Shown in pieces: positions 24,943 through 36,900 of a DNA stretch of 64,000 bases (its first letter is position 1; every line of letters begins with the position of its first letter). A model generated the notes under the pieces. It was not told the DNA's origin, searched no databases, and saw nothing but the letters and a program-made list of their open reading frames with translations. Position numbers and translations under genes: made by a program. This DNA is from an uncultured virus (IMG/VR IMGVR_UViG_3300025066_000004) (taxonomy: Duplodnaviria > Heunggongvirae > Uroviricota > Caudoviricetes), in the IMG/VR virus record IMGVR_UViG_3300025066_000004, one strand, 5' to 3'.

Positions 24943-27900
24943 TATTTGCTGCCTTTTGGTTCGTCAGGACCGTGCTTCCGAAAGTCCCAAGGCATTTGAA
25001 AAGTAACTCCCTCTGCCCAGAGACCGACTTTATCGTCTTTAGCGAGATTTTGGTAGAAGACCATCTCCTTTCCAAATTTTTTATAAGCTACAGCGTGTCC
25101 ATTCTGAGCCAGCCAGGGGCTTATCTGTACCCCATCTACGGCACACAGTCCCAGTGTTCTGCCGTATCCGCCAGATCCACGGTCCTCACACGTTACTTTT
25201 TTATCTCCAATTAGTAGTTTTAATGCCTTTAATGAAGTCTCCCCGCATTTGTATTCTTCTCCATTCGCGATGCAAGTCTGGTTTTTCTCAGGCGCATCTA
25301 CCCCTATGAGACGGATTGGGGTATTCCGAATCACTAAGCTATCCCCGTCCACGACAGTCGGATACCCAGTAAGAATTGTATTTGTAAGTTTTTTAACTAA
25401 AGTCGGAGTTACTTTCTTTCCAAGTTGTTTAGCTACCTCTTTAGAGATAGCAGGAGCCTCTACTTTGACTTCAGAATCAGCAGGAAGATGGCTCACATCA
25501 GATCCAGGATAAGCTTTATTAGAGAGAGGTCGAGTTAAATCTTCAACAAAAGTAGACCCTTCTCCCAGTAAGTGATTTTTTTCGCGCACCGTCTTTTTCG
25601 AATAATCCCGAATCCTTTTACGTATTTTCGCAGACTCCTCGTTATCTCCGGATGCAGCACTTCTATACCAAGCATTATTAGCGGAGCGAACAGTTTTCGC
25701 TGCCCCCTGGAAAGCAGGATTCCCTTCCTTCGCCTCATCTAAAATTGTTCTCGCATCTCTCAGAGTGGAAGGGGTCTGGTACTTTGCAAATCCAAGTAAA
25801 CTATCCAGGGCAAAACCCCCTATATCTTGCTCAGGCTTAAGAGACATATTGCCCAAAGCTCGATCCAAGTCTACTGCGAAGTTACCGTAATAGGCTCCAA
25901 AATCTCGAGTAGCAAACTCGTAATACCGAGCATCCACCCCAGTTAAGTCTTGAAGCATTTTAGCTACAAACCCAGAATACTTATTGCCGAACCTCATATC
26001 TAAAGGAAGCTGTGTCTCTACATCTGAAACAATGGGGCTATCGAACCTGTGGTTACGGTTCTGGAGAATTTGAGTAAAAGTTGAGAAAGGCCCAGACCAA
26101 TGGGCATCGGATAAAGGAAAGAGAGACTGATACACTGAACGACTATACCCTTTAAAAGCATTCGGGTCATCAAGGATAAACTTATCAATGGCTCTGTCAA
26201 CTCCTGCCGCTAACACTGAGTGTTCAAAAGGCTGGGGGAACCTAAGTCTGAAGTTAGAGGGTCCGTCAAAGCCAGGGAGAATATTGTACGGCACCGTTAT
26301 AAAATAATCCCGAGATGCCGCATCTTGTTGACGGTAATCCTCATCTTCGTCGTCTTCCCCAGTTCCTAGACTTAGCAACCTAAAGAAAAGTCGGGGGGCG
26401 ACTACGTACAGAAACCAAGCTCCAAAAACTCGGGGCATATTCCTGGCGATATTCTCTGGAGTTACCACTGCCCCAGGATTCTCAGCGAAAGAACGGATTG
26501 TTCTCCAGAGCCCTTGGACTCCTGCGTTACTAAACAGGACGATCTTATTTATGTGCCGCATAGCATATCCGACTTTAGCGTAGTCAAGAAGGTCTAGCGA
26601 TTCCGACACCGCCATCATTCTTGCTTCAATAGGATCAACTCCCTGCTTAATCAATTCGTCGTAAGTGGCCCGGAACTCTACATTACGGGTCAAAGACTCC
26701 GAGGCAGCGATGTTCTTACCTTTTAAATACTTAAGAATTGGAATCTTATCCCGAACGGCACGAAGATTTCTTATGATGCCATCCACTGTTCCTGGGGTAA
26801 CAACGAAGTCTTTCCCAGTCTCTGAGAATCGTGCCATGTGAGTTGCCAGAGTATCAGAGTAGTTTTGATGGGTAGCAAGGACATCAACAAAACCCCCTCC
26901 ACTTAATTCTCGAATAAATGTATCCAGGGGAACGTCTTCAGTAAAGTCAAACTTCTTATTCTCTAAAAAGACTTCCTGTACCGCCTCTTTAATGGCACTT
27001 CCTGAGTAATTTTTAAGGTAAGCCCAAGCCCCGATTTTTTGAGCTATTCGACTTTGGATAGCCGCAGATTGAAGATCTCTGGTGGGGTTACGGTGCAAGA
27101 AAGGGATTCCATGAGTAATGAAGAACTTCTTCAATCTAGTAACAGGCTCTGCCAACTCTCCAGAGACCTCTAGCATTCTCATTAAGGGGTTCTGCTCAAT
27201 AGAATTTGGATCTAATGCTTCAAAGTACTGTTGGATGGCAGGGGTGTAGAGCCAGTACTCAATAATGGGATCTCCGTTCGCATCTTGGGTAAAAACTCGT
27301 TGCAGCTTATCCCGTTGCGACAAAGTGAGAAGCGCTGCCTCTGTTGAAGTGAATTTCCGACCATAGGTGTTAGGATCGGCTGCCATTTGAAGTCTTCGAG
27401 TTAGAGTGATGTGAGCACGGTTTTTATTTCCAATTGTAAAAGCATCATCTACTAAAAAGATAATCGCTTCCATTGCCCCCAGTACTTTTGAACTCGAGTC
27501 CCCTTGATCGGGGTAAAAGTCAGAAGCATTGGAGATATCCGCAGACTTTCCTCCAAGAACACGATTTTTGTACTGGGAGTAACGGGAAAGGGTTTTTGTA
27601 ATTTGTAAGTCTAGTCGGTACGGATCAGCGTCTTGAATCTCTTGAGGGATAAACACTCCTGAAGACTCTAAGAACTCCTTGGTGTGCTGGAGATTCTCTT
27701 CAAAGATATCTACACCCTCTTGGAGAAGAGCTGCGTATTCCGGACTAACGTCCTTTAGAATCTGTTCGACTTTCTTCTCCCTGGTATTATCCATGGACGC
27801 TTTTTTAACATTAGGGTCTGCTGCCGCTTTCATCAGAGCTTGGTACTGGGCAAACTTTAAAACGGACTGGGAGTATTCGTGTGCGTTAGAAGAAGGGAAG

Positions 27901-30900
27901 TACTGCTGTCCTACGGAGTCTTTTAATTTATTAATGAGGACTAAGGGCTGTTGGAAATGCAAGATAGTACGGCGAGCTTTATGCTGGGGCTTTTTCCCGT
28001 TAACACTGGTAAACTCTCTAGTCTCTTTGTCATAGCTACCCCCCGCTTTAAGAACCGCTGCAATCTGATCTATTTCGTTAGAGTAAGGATTGTAGAATCC
28101 ATGGGCTAACGCATTATACGCTTGACCACTGGAACTCATCATGAGGCGCAAGGCAAACCCTACATCTTGGAGAATTGATCTGGAGGCACTAGGATTGCTA
28201 AGTAAGATATCCCGGTCAATATCCAGAGTATCCATCTTGCTATCAAGGACTAAAGAGTTAAAGTGCCCTACCAGTCCTTTTCTAAGTTCAAAAGAGGGGT
28301 TCTTGCCCTGGACTTTTGGATCTAACTCTACAAACCATTTCTTTAGAGTTCGGTACTGAAGCTCTTCCATAACCTGAGCATGGGTACGAGCCCCTTGCTC
28401 TGTACCAACACCTGTTTCCGTAGTAAAGGAATACTGGTAAAGCTCCTCGTCATTCATTCTATGGGCAAGGTATTCTGGGTCCGGGATCAAACCAAAAGCG
28501 GTTACAACCCAATTTTTAATTTTAGTGTAGATTTTCTGTTCTTTCGGAGTTCGGGTTTTAAACCTAAGAGTCCAGCCTTCCATTAGACTCGCGAACCTTT
28601 CTTCAAAAGTTATCCCTGAACCTTGGTGGAAGTCTTGCCACTCGTCCTCTGGATTCATCCCTATTATCCTTCGAACATACCGTAAATCTGCAACAGAGAG
28701 AACTTTCCGTAGCAAGTGGGCATTCTCGTGAACTAAGGTTTCGACACCCCCAGTTTTAAACATCTGAATCACATAGCGTTGGGAAATAGGATCGGAAAGA
28801 AGTTGCCCATGGACACGAGCAGTGAACTTTTCGTTTCCTTGAACTTCATGGAGGTCTACCTTAAAGCTATCCAGTAACCTAGTACGAACATCAAGGTGCA
28901 TATTTCTACGAGCAATTCGCCCCGCGATACCTTGGATAATACTGATGTTCTCAATAAAGTCAATTTGCTGTTCCTCAGTTAAGGGCCCGCTATTTACGAT
29001 GAACTGCTTTTTTATCTTTTCAAGGAGCGCATCTACTTCTTTTCCAACCTGTTCATATCTATTTCGAAGAATCTCGCGATACCCAAGATGGATATCTGCA
29101 TTAGACGCTGTAGCGGCATCCGGCTTCTTGGTAGCATCTATTAAGAACTCTTTCATTTGATGGAAAACTGCCGCGTAGAGATCCGTGGGAAAGATTTTAT
29201 TTTTTTCTTTAGAGCTAAAGTGCTCCTCTAAGTTCAACTCCGGGTTCATCTTGAAGATCAGATTCTTCATAGCAATGACGGCACGAGTAGCCCTAGACTT
29301 TTGATTCTTGAGGACATTCGCCCCATTTACAATCTCTTTCGTATCCCCCTTCTCAGCAGTAGGTTTCCACTCCGCAAAGCCAAGGTTAAGGCCTAGGAGG
29401 ATATCCGTTAGCTCTAAAAGTTGTGGCAGATTTAAACCTTGGATAGGGGCTTCTAACTTGACCCCTTTTTTCTCAAGTTCTTTAGTGTATTTATCAATAA
29501 AAGTGTTTTGGATTGCCTGTACTTTAGAAGTGAGTTGATACCGGATTCTGAAACTCTCGCGAAGCTTTTTCGCGGTATCTTTGGCAGCCCGAAGTTGCCT
29601 CGCAAGACTCGTTGCTTTAGGGGTCGCTTTAGGAGGGGGGGCCCCTGGTACTGGAAGCACTTTTTCAAGGCGACCAACGATATTCTGGGCATAAAGAGTC
29701 TTAATTATTATTTGAGCTTGGTCCGATTCTATGTTTAGCTTTTCCTGCAGCAAAGGTACCGAAACGTATCCTTTTTCGAGAGCAATGTGGTAGGCTTGCA
29801 CTAGAGTCTTGCCGTAAATCCTTTGATCTTGGCTTTTAACGAACTCAAAGAAGCCGGCCTTACCAGCCGCTTTATACCTAACGGTATTCTGGCCAGTGAG
29901 AGTCTTCAGTATTATTCGGGCTTGACCCGGAGTTAGGTTTAGCTCTTCCTGCAGCAAAGGTACTGAAACGTACCCTGGCCAGTGATCGCTGGAGGCTATC
30001 TCAGAAGCCCGCGCCAGAATATCCTCGTAAGTCCTTTGATCTTGGTCCTTAGCGAACTTACGGAAGTCTGCCGCTTCAGCCTCATGATCCAGGTCGAGAG
30101 GTAACAAGGGCGCGACGGTATCGACGTTTGAAGGTATGGGGGCTAGTGAGTTTGGGTAGCCTCCCGTGTCAGACTTCGTATCCTCATGGGTACCCTTATC
30201 TAAAACTGATATTGCCTCTTCTAAGGAGAGGATCAGCTGCTCTGGGGACCAAGCTACTTTAGACGTATTTTCTAAATCTTTTAAAAGCTCAGCTTTTTTC
30301 TCTTTACGTTTTTTAAGTTGAGCTTTTTCCTTCTCTTTCTTGGCCCCCTGTTGTTTAAGAGATTTTATAACTTCTTGAATCGTCGCCTTAGTAGCCCCTC
30401 GCATTTGCTGGATAGCTGCGTGCCTATTGTCCTCAAATTGCGTAGCAATCTTCCGAACTTGATCCAAGGGGATGTTTGATACGGTAGCGACGTATTCCGC
30501 GAATGGCATTCTAGCTAACTCAACATTATCAAGGTACTCACCAGCGGTAATGAAGTAATTGTAGAGTGCCCCCCTTAACTGGTTACGAGAGGTTTCGGAA
30601 AGCCTATCGAAGTTAGGCATAATCTCATGGAGGAGATTCTGGATAAAGGTCTCTTTCCTCGCAACTTTTGTCTCGGAGTATCCGATTCCAGACTGCTCCG
30701 CCCGTTTTTTGGTTGCGGGGACCGTAACCCAAAAACGGCCTTTATACTTGTTAGGGTTTGCCCTCTTCGCCGCATCAAACTGCTTGCTATTCGTGATCTT
30801 CTTGTCAACAAGCTTTTTATCAAGATGAAACGTCCTTAAGTCCTTTTTCTTTTGAATAGGAAGTTTTCGAAATGCGGGGATACGACCATGAAAGAGGGTA

Positions 30901-33900
30901 GCGGGGTCTACCCTACTCACAGCCTCTTGAGCAACCTCGCCAAGTAACTTTAAGAAACGACTATGGGAGTTAAGATGAGCCTCTTTGAGGCCTTCCGTTT
31001 TCTGAACCTCAAACTCGTGGAGGTATTGAAATGTAAGCGAGGTTGTTGTGACTTTTCCCGCTTCTAGCTTCTTTGCCTCAGAAGATTTAAGGTACTCTGA
31101 AGCCCCCTTTTCAACCTCTTTGAACGATGCTTTCGTAGCTTTCTCTTCCCGCGTTTGATGGGGTTTTGACTCTTGCTTAAGAGCATCCCAGATAAAACTC
31201 TTTCCCAATTCTAGGTACTGTTGGTATTGCTTGTACGCAATGTACTTCTGGTATTGACTATCCCCCGCTTGTTTTGTTGCTTTCTCCGCACTGGGGAACA
31301 TTCTATTAGTCATGTCCGGGCTTGGAGGCACAACATCCTTTGTTACACGACGCATTACCTTGTGCTCTCTACTAGGCTTTAGCTTACCCCCTAAGAACCC
31401 AGCAGCCCCACGTGTGACCTCGGTGTACCCCCAAAATAAATCCTCCGGGTATTCCTCCGGGTTCTTTTTACGAGCGGCCTCAAGAGCCCTCTTACTAGTA
31501 ATATGCTCAAAACCTTTCGGAACCTCAAAAGTTTTTTCCACTTCAGGAGGCCCAATCTCCCCGTTCAAAACCTTCTGTTCTAGCACATAAAAATCATGCT
31601 GTTTTGTAAGAATATCTAGCTGAGAGGGGATATCTTTAGGGTTGTTAGGATCTACATCGTATGTAGGCAGGACTCTAGGAGGGGTCTTTCTTTCCCACGG
31701 AGAAAGCTTTCCGGTCTTCTTATCCGGGGCAGAGTCCTTTCTCTTTTGGTTAGCATTGCTTAGACCGTAAAGCAAGTCCCCGAAAAAATCCTGGATAAAC
31801 CGATTTCTCGCCCCATTTATTGATGCGTACTCAGCTATTCCTTTAAAGTGAGTATTGGCAGTTTGAGCAAAGACGAGACGCTGCTTACGAGAAGGGGTGC
31901 GCCCATTAAGATGAATTTTTTCTAACTGGGTATACGCTGGAGTGGCGTTTTTGTCCAGCAGTAACGTCTTAAGAAGTTCTGAAGTTTCACGAGAAATAAC
32001 TTCAAGTTGAGAAGGTCTCTGCTCACCAGTAAGCGGATTAATCTCGTCCTCGCCCATGTAAGATAAGTTAAAAGACCAAGGGTAAGTTAAACTTGGAGTG
32101 ACTAACCCTGTCTCCAGTAAAGGGTTGTCCGTAAATATAGGATTCGTTTCTAAGAGATCTGCAGAGATTTCGGAGACATCTTTTCTTTTAAATCCCAGCG
32201 GGTCTTGTCCCGTATCAAGTTTAAAGAGTTTGGCTAACCCGGTAGCGAAGTAGTAGAAATCATTTTTGAGCTCTTCCTCACGGGCATCTCGCAGATTCTG
32301 GTAGTCTTCTTCAGTCAGAGAAGGATTAGTATCTTTCGTCTCTGCCCAGTTTCGAAAGAGCTCTTTTTTCACCTGTTTTTCAGTTTTTACCTGGCCCTTT
32401 GGTAAAGCCTCCCGTATCTTGACCCGGACATACGAGTCCATGGACTGACGAGTTTGCTCTGCTTCAAGAATTTCAAAGAGCTGTATCCTTTTCGCTTCCA
32501 AGACTTCTATTTGAGTAAGCTCATCTCGGGTAATCTGATCGTCTCGTGCTCTAAAAGGAGCAGGAACTTCGTCGAGAAGCTTTGCACCATACGTCTCCGA
32601 GGCTTCAGCAGCATTTTTCTTGAACAACTTCGTAGCCGCACGTTCGTTGTCCGAAAACTCACGAGCTTCCCTCTCTTTTTTAGTTTTGGGATGGGGGAAT
32701 AGTTTCTTTGTGAGTGCCGCCTCAAAGACAATAAGAGGTTCACGGCTGGCCTTTACGTTATAGTATACTTCAAGATCAAGGGCCATTTTCCCAAGCTCTA
32801 GGTCACTACCAACATCCTCCATTACCCGCTTAATAAAAGCTTTCTGGAGCTCCAAAACCTTTTCTAGTTTCTTCGGAGTAGTTAATTGGGGAGGGGGGGT
32901 CCCCTCTAAGGCTGTCTGTAGACTGTTAGAAGCTAACTGGAGAACTGAATCTGCTTGAAGGAAACCCGCCTGAATATCATTCCATCCTGCCAAATAACTC
33001 GCATCCGAAGCTCGAGAAGCCCGGATAATACTTCTTTGAGCCTCTATAATCTTCGCAATTTTCCATTTTACCAACTTTACTTTCTCAAGGCCTTTGAAAA
33101 TCCGTTTTTCCCGAGCTGTCAGGCTCTCGTAAACAGAAGGATACTTTTCTGAAGGCGTCAGATTTTTGATCTCTTTAGCGCTGCGGTAACTCGCCCCTCG
33201 ATAAGCCGGAGGAGCGGCTTCCGCGTCTTTAATTTGTGCCTTTGCCGATGCCAACTCCGTATCCCGAAGACGGTAAATAACATTCTGTAGTGCATCCACT
33301 GCATGAGAAACGCCCGCACGTTCTTCCCCAGAAATAACTCCCGTGGGGAGGGTCTGCAATTTTTTGTTCAAAATCTTAGGGGACCTTAAGAGGTCTCCCA
33401 CTTGTAAAAGAAACTTAGAAGCCCCCGGAGTTAAATTCTCACTAGACTCTCCTATAAACAGAGAGTTTTTAAGGTTTGCTCCGATACCCGACAGTCTGTC
33501 GAGCTGCCCGTCTAACTCTTGGAATTTTTCATATTGCAACTGTTTCAGTCTTTCCTGGTGGGCAGTAGCTTTTTCAAAGATCTCATTGAGCTCTTTCTGA
33601 GTGTAAGGTCTCTTCTGGTCTTTGTATCCTAAATCTGCAACGTCCCCATCTACCCGGGCAACAGACATCCCTTCCTGGAGATCATAGCCCCAGTTAAATA
33701 GCTGAGCCAGAATTTGATGATCATTGTCGATGGTAGGTACGCCAAACTCATCCTTCGTAACCGCTTGGCCCGGAGGTACGATTCCAGACTGCGCCGAATA
33801 ATCTATCTTAGACCTCTCATAAACCCAAGGATCAGGAACCCGCACCATCGGTATGACCGTACCCGGGTAAAACTCTCCCTCCGCTTTAGCCGCCTCTTGT

Positions 33901-36900
33901 CTCCGAGCAGTTTTTCTTTTCTCATAAGGCGCTTCTCCAATTAGGTCCTGTAAGACTTGATCCATTGGAGCGGGCCGATCTTCAGAGGGCAAGGACTCTT
34001 CTGACTTTGCGCTAGATGCGCTATCTTCCGGCCCTTCTTCCGCGAGCCTCTGCACCTCGGACTCTAAAAGTTTTTGAGCTTCTGGGTACCCCGGGTCTTC
34101 CTCTAGCTTACGAAGCGAAGCGTCAGTAGGCTCAGAACCCTCGTCTACAAGAAGATCTGGCTCAGCTTCAAGAGACTCTAGAGAGACTCCTGCAGCATCC
34201 GCACTATCCGCAAGAAGCTCCTCGTCACTAAGATCTCCCTCCCTTTCGAGAGTTTCGACATGAAAACCTTCTCTATTCTCGTAGCTCTCGCCATCCGAGA
34301 ATCTCTGTCCTTCCATTAACTCGGTAACTTCATCTTGATCCATGGCATGATCGGCTTCCATTGGCGCAGAACCTAGAAAGTGATCTACCATCAGTTGAAC
34401 CCGTTGAGCGGTATCTGGAACATCCCGTCGAAGAGCGGTATAGAAGTTATAAATGTCCTCGATAGTGTACTGAACTTTACGTCCCAACGCCTCTTGGGCA
34501 CGAGGTAAGAGCGAAGCTAACGTAGCCGACTCTTTATCCGCTACCAGGTTATTGAGAACCTGGTACTGAACTTTATTAACTGCTTGGTCAATAGTGATAG
34601 GGTTCTTAGCATCGAGACTATTTTTTACCATTCCTAATGCAGACTGATACGCTAACCCAAAGATCCTATTGAAATTCTCAACCGAAACGCTATCCACTAG
34701 TCCCTTTTGTTCAATCACTGTAGCGATCTTAAACCTAAGGTTGGCAAGAGACTTAGCTCGACCAACATTCATGCCGTTTTGAAGTAGAGAATCCGTTAAT
34801 GCAGTGGGGTCTGCCCCGTACTTTCTAAGAGTTGTCTCTCTTGCCTCATCCGTAGCGAAGCCAAAGTCATGTTTGAAAGCTTTAAAATCCGCAGACTCTT
34901 CTCCTTCGGTAGTCTTGGTGTAATCGACAGCATCTGGAGACGCGACGGGCCCCTGGACATCTCTTAAACCTTGGTCAGGGAGTTTACCCGTTTTTTGCTG
35001 TTGAGCTTTTGCGGCTTGTTCTGCCCTATGGATATCCTCCCAATGCGTTTCATCTGGAAGCCGAAAAGTTGGATCGAGGAGGATGCTATCTCCCGCAACT
35101 CTAACCATCGCACGGGTAATAGGGGACTGGATCGCTTTTTTCCTTTGCTCGATAATTTGAGACTGGAAAGTTCCGATTTCCTCCCCTTTAGCGAGACTTA
35201 ATGCAGTTCGGATTTCCTGCTCAGAAACTTCGTTAGATACAAAGTTCAAGAGACCTGTGTACTTTTCCCCGGCCCCCATGAAAGCAGAAACAAAAATAAT
35301 CTGTGCGATTTGATCCCAAGTTAAGTCGTCTAAACTTTTTCCAGGAACAAGAGCATGATGAAGGATTTCATCTGAGAGTTCTTGTGCTGCTTCTCCAAGT
35401 CCACCAGCAAGAGTTCCTGTTAATGCCCCAGCGAAAGCTTTTGAACCTTTTGTTGAAGCCTGTCCCGCTAAAAGGAACCTACGCTCAATAAAGTTCATCG
35501 TCTTATTGCCCCAGGATTGGTCTACAGTACGGGAACCGATTTGACCTCCAGCAATTCCAAGCCGAGAACTTGCTGCTGCCATCAAAGGGTACATGAGAAT
35601 ACTTGTCCCTCCTGTTATTGCGGCGGCAGTGAAACCCGCCCGCAATGAGAGATCCCTATCTCCGGTTTTGTCATAAGTTTCTAAGTAAGTTGCGCCCCCT
35701 GATTGCCCAGCCCCTGCTAAACTCGCAGAAGCCATTCCCGCTATCGGAGTGGCAAGTCCTGCTCCTGCCCCAGTGAGAGCTCGACCTAAGAACCCAGCCC
35801 CTAAACTTCTGCCCCCTGCTGCAAGACCCCCCCCTATTCCAGCAACCGCCGTACCCGCTAAAACGGGGGGGAGCATACTAAGGCCTCCCTCATAAAGAAC
35901 TCCACCAAGATAGCCGAGCAACCTGGCGACATCCCCCTCCCTAATAAGCTCTCCAGTCTGAGCAAGAAAAGGCTTATCTAATCCGTTTTGCCGATAATAC
36001 TCTTGGAACCCATTACGTTCCGCAAGGCGTTGAGCTTTTTCATCCGCAGTATGAATTGCCTCGTCAAAGAAAGTAGGTAAGACTTCGTGCAGGATATCTT
36101 GAGAGAATTTATAGAAACCTTGCGCTTGGTGCGCAAGGGAAGTGATCCCGCTTTCTGAGCCAACTTCAACGATATCTATAAACTCTCTGATTGACCCAAC
36201 GTCATTAATCTCCCTCAAAGCTTTATTGATACCTGGCATACTCTCTTGTATCCCCACTAATTGTTTATCTGCGAGAGCCCTTTGTCGCTCATACTCATCT
36301 AATGGGGTAGCCCCCTCTTTTAAAGGGCCGAGTAGTCTATCAAAAGCCAGAATGCCAGACTCTTCCGGAGTAAGGTTGAGCCCTTCTGAAGACTTTTGAT
36401 AAAGGCGCTCAACTTCTTTTCGACGTGTCTCTTGTTGACCAATAGTCCCCTTAAAAAAGCTATCAAGAGCTTGCGCTTCTAGATCCTCTTGAAGAGGCGC
36501 TTCTCTTTCTTTTTGAGAGATATACTGAAACGCTTCTTGGGTGGTATTAAAAGTTTGTTGGGGGAGAAATTTCCCCGCCTCAACTAACTCTTGAGCCTTT
36601 GCTACTTTTTCCTGAGGGGTCTCTAACTCGTCATCTTCAAGAAGTTTCTCTGCATCCCGTTTATCTAAAACGTGATACATCTCCCGACCCGCCTCATCAA
36701 TAGTAGGAACCATAAAGCCCCTAAAAGGAATAGCTGCGTCCTGCTCTTCGAATCTTTTTTGAAGAGTGGCACCTATTGCTTCAGACCGATGTTTAGCCCG
36801 TAATCCGGCAACCTCTGGAGAAGCGTAACTCCCAACTGGAAGAATCTTTCCTCTGAGAACCAGGTCTTCTAGCCATAGGTTATTGATGTCTTCATCGTCA

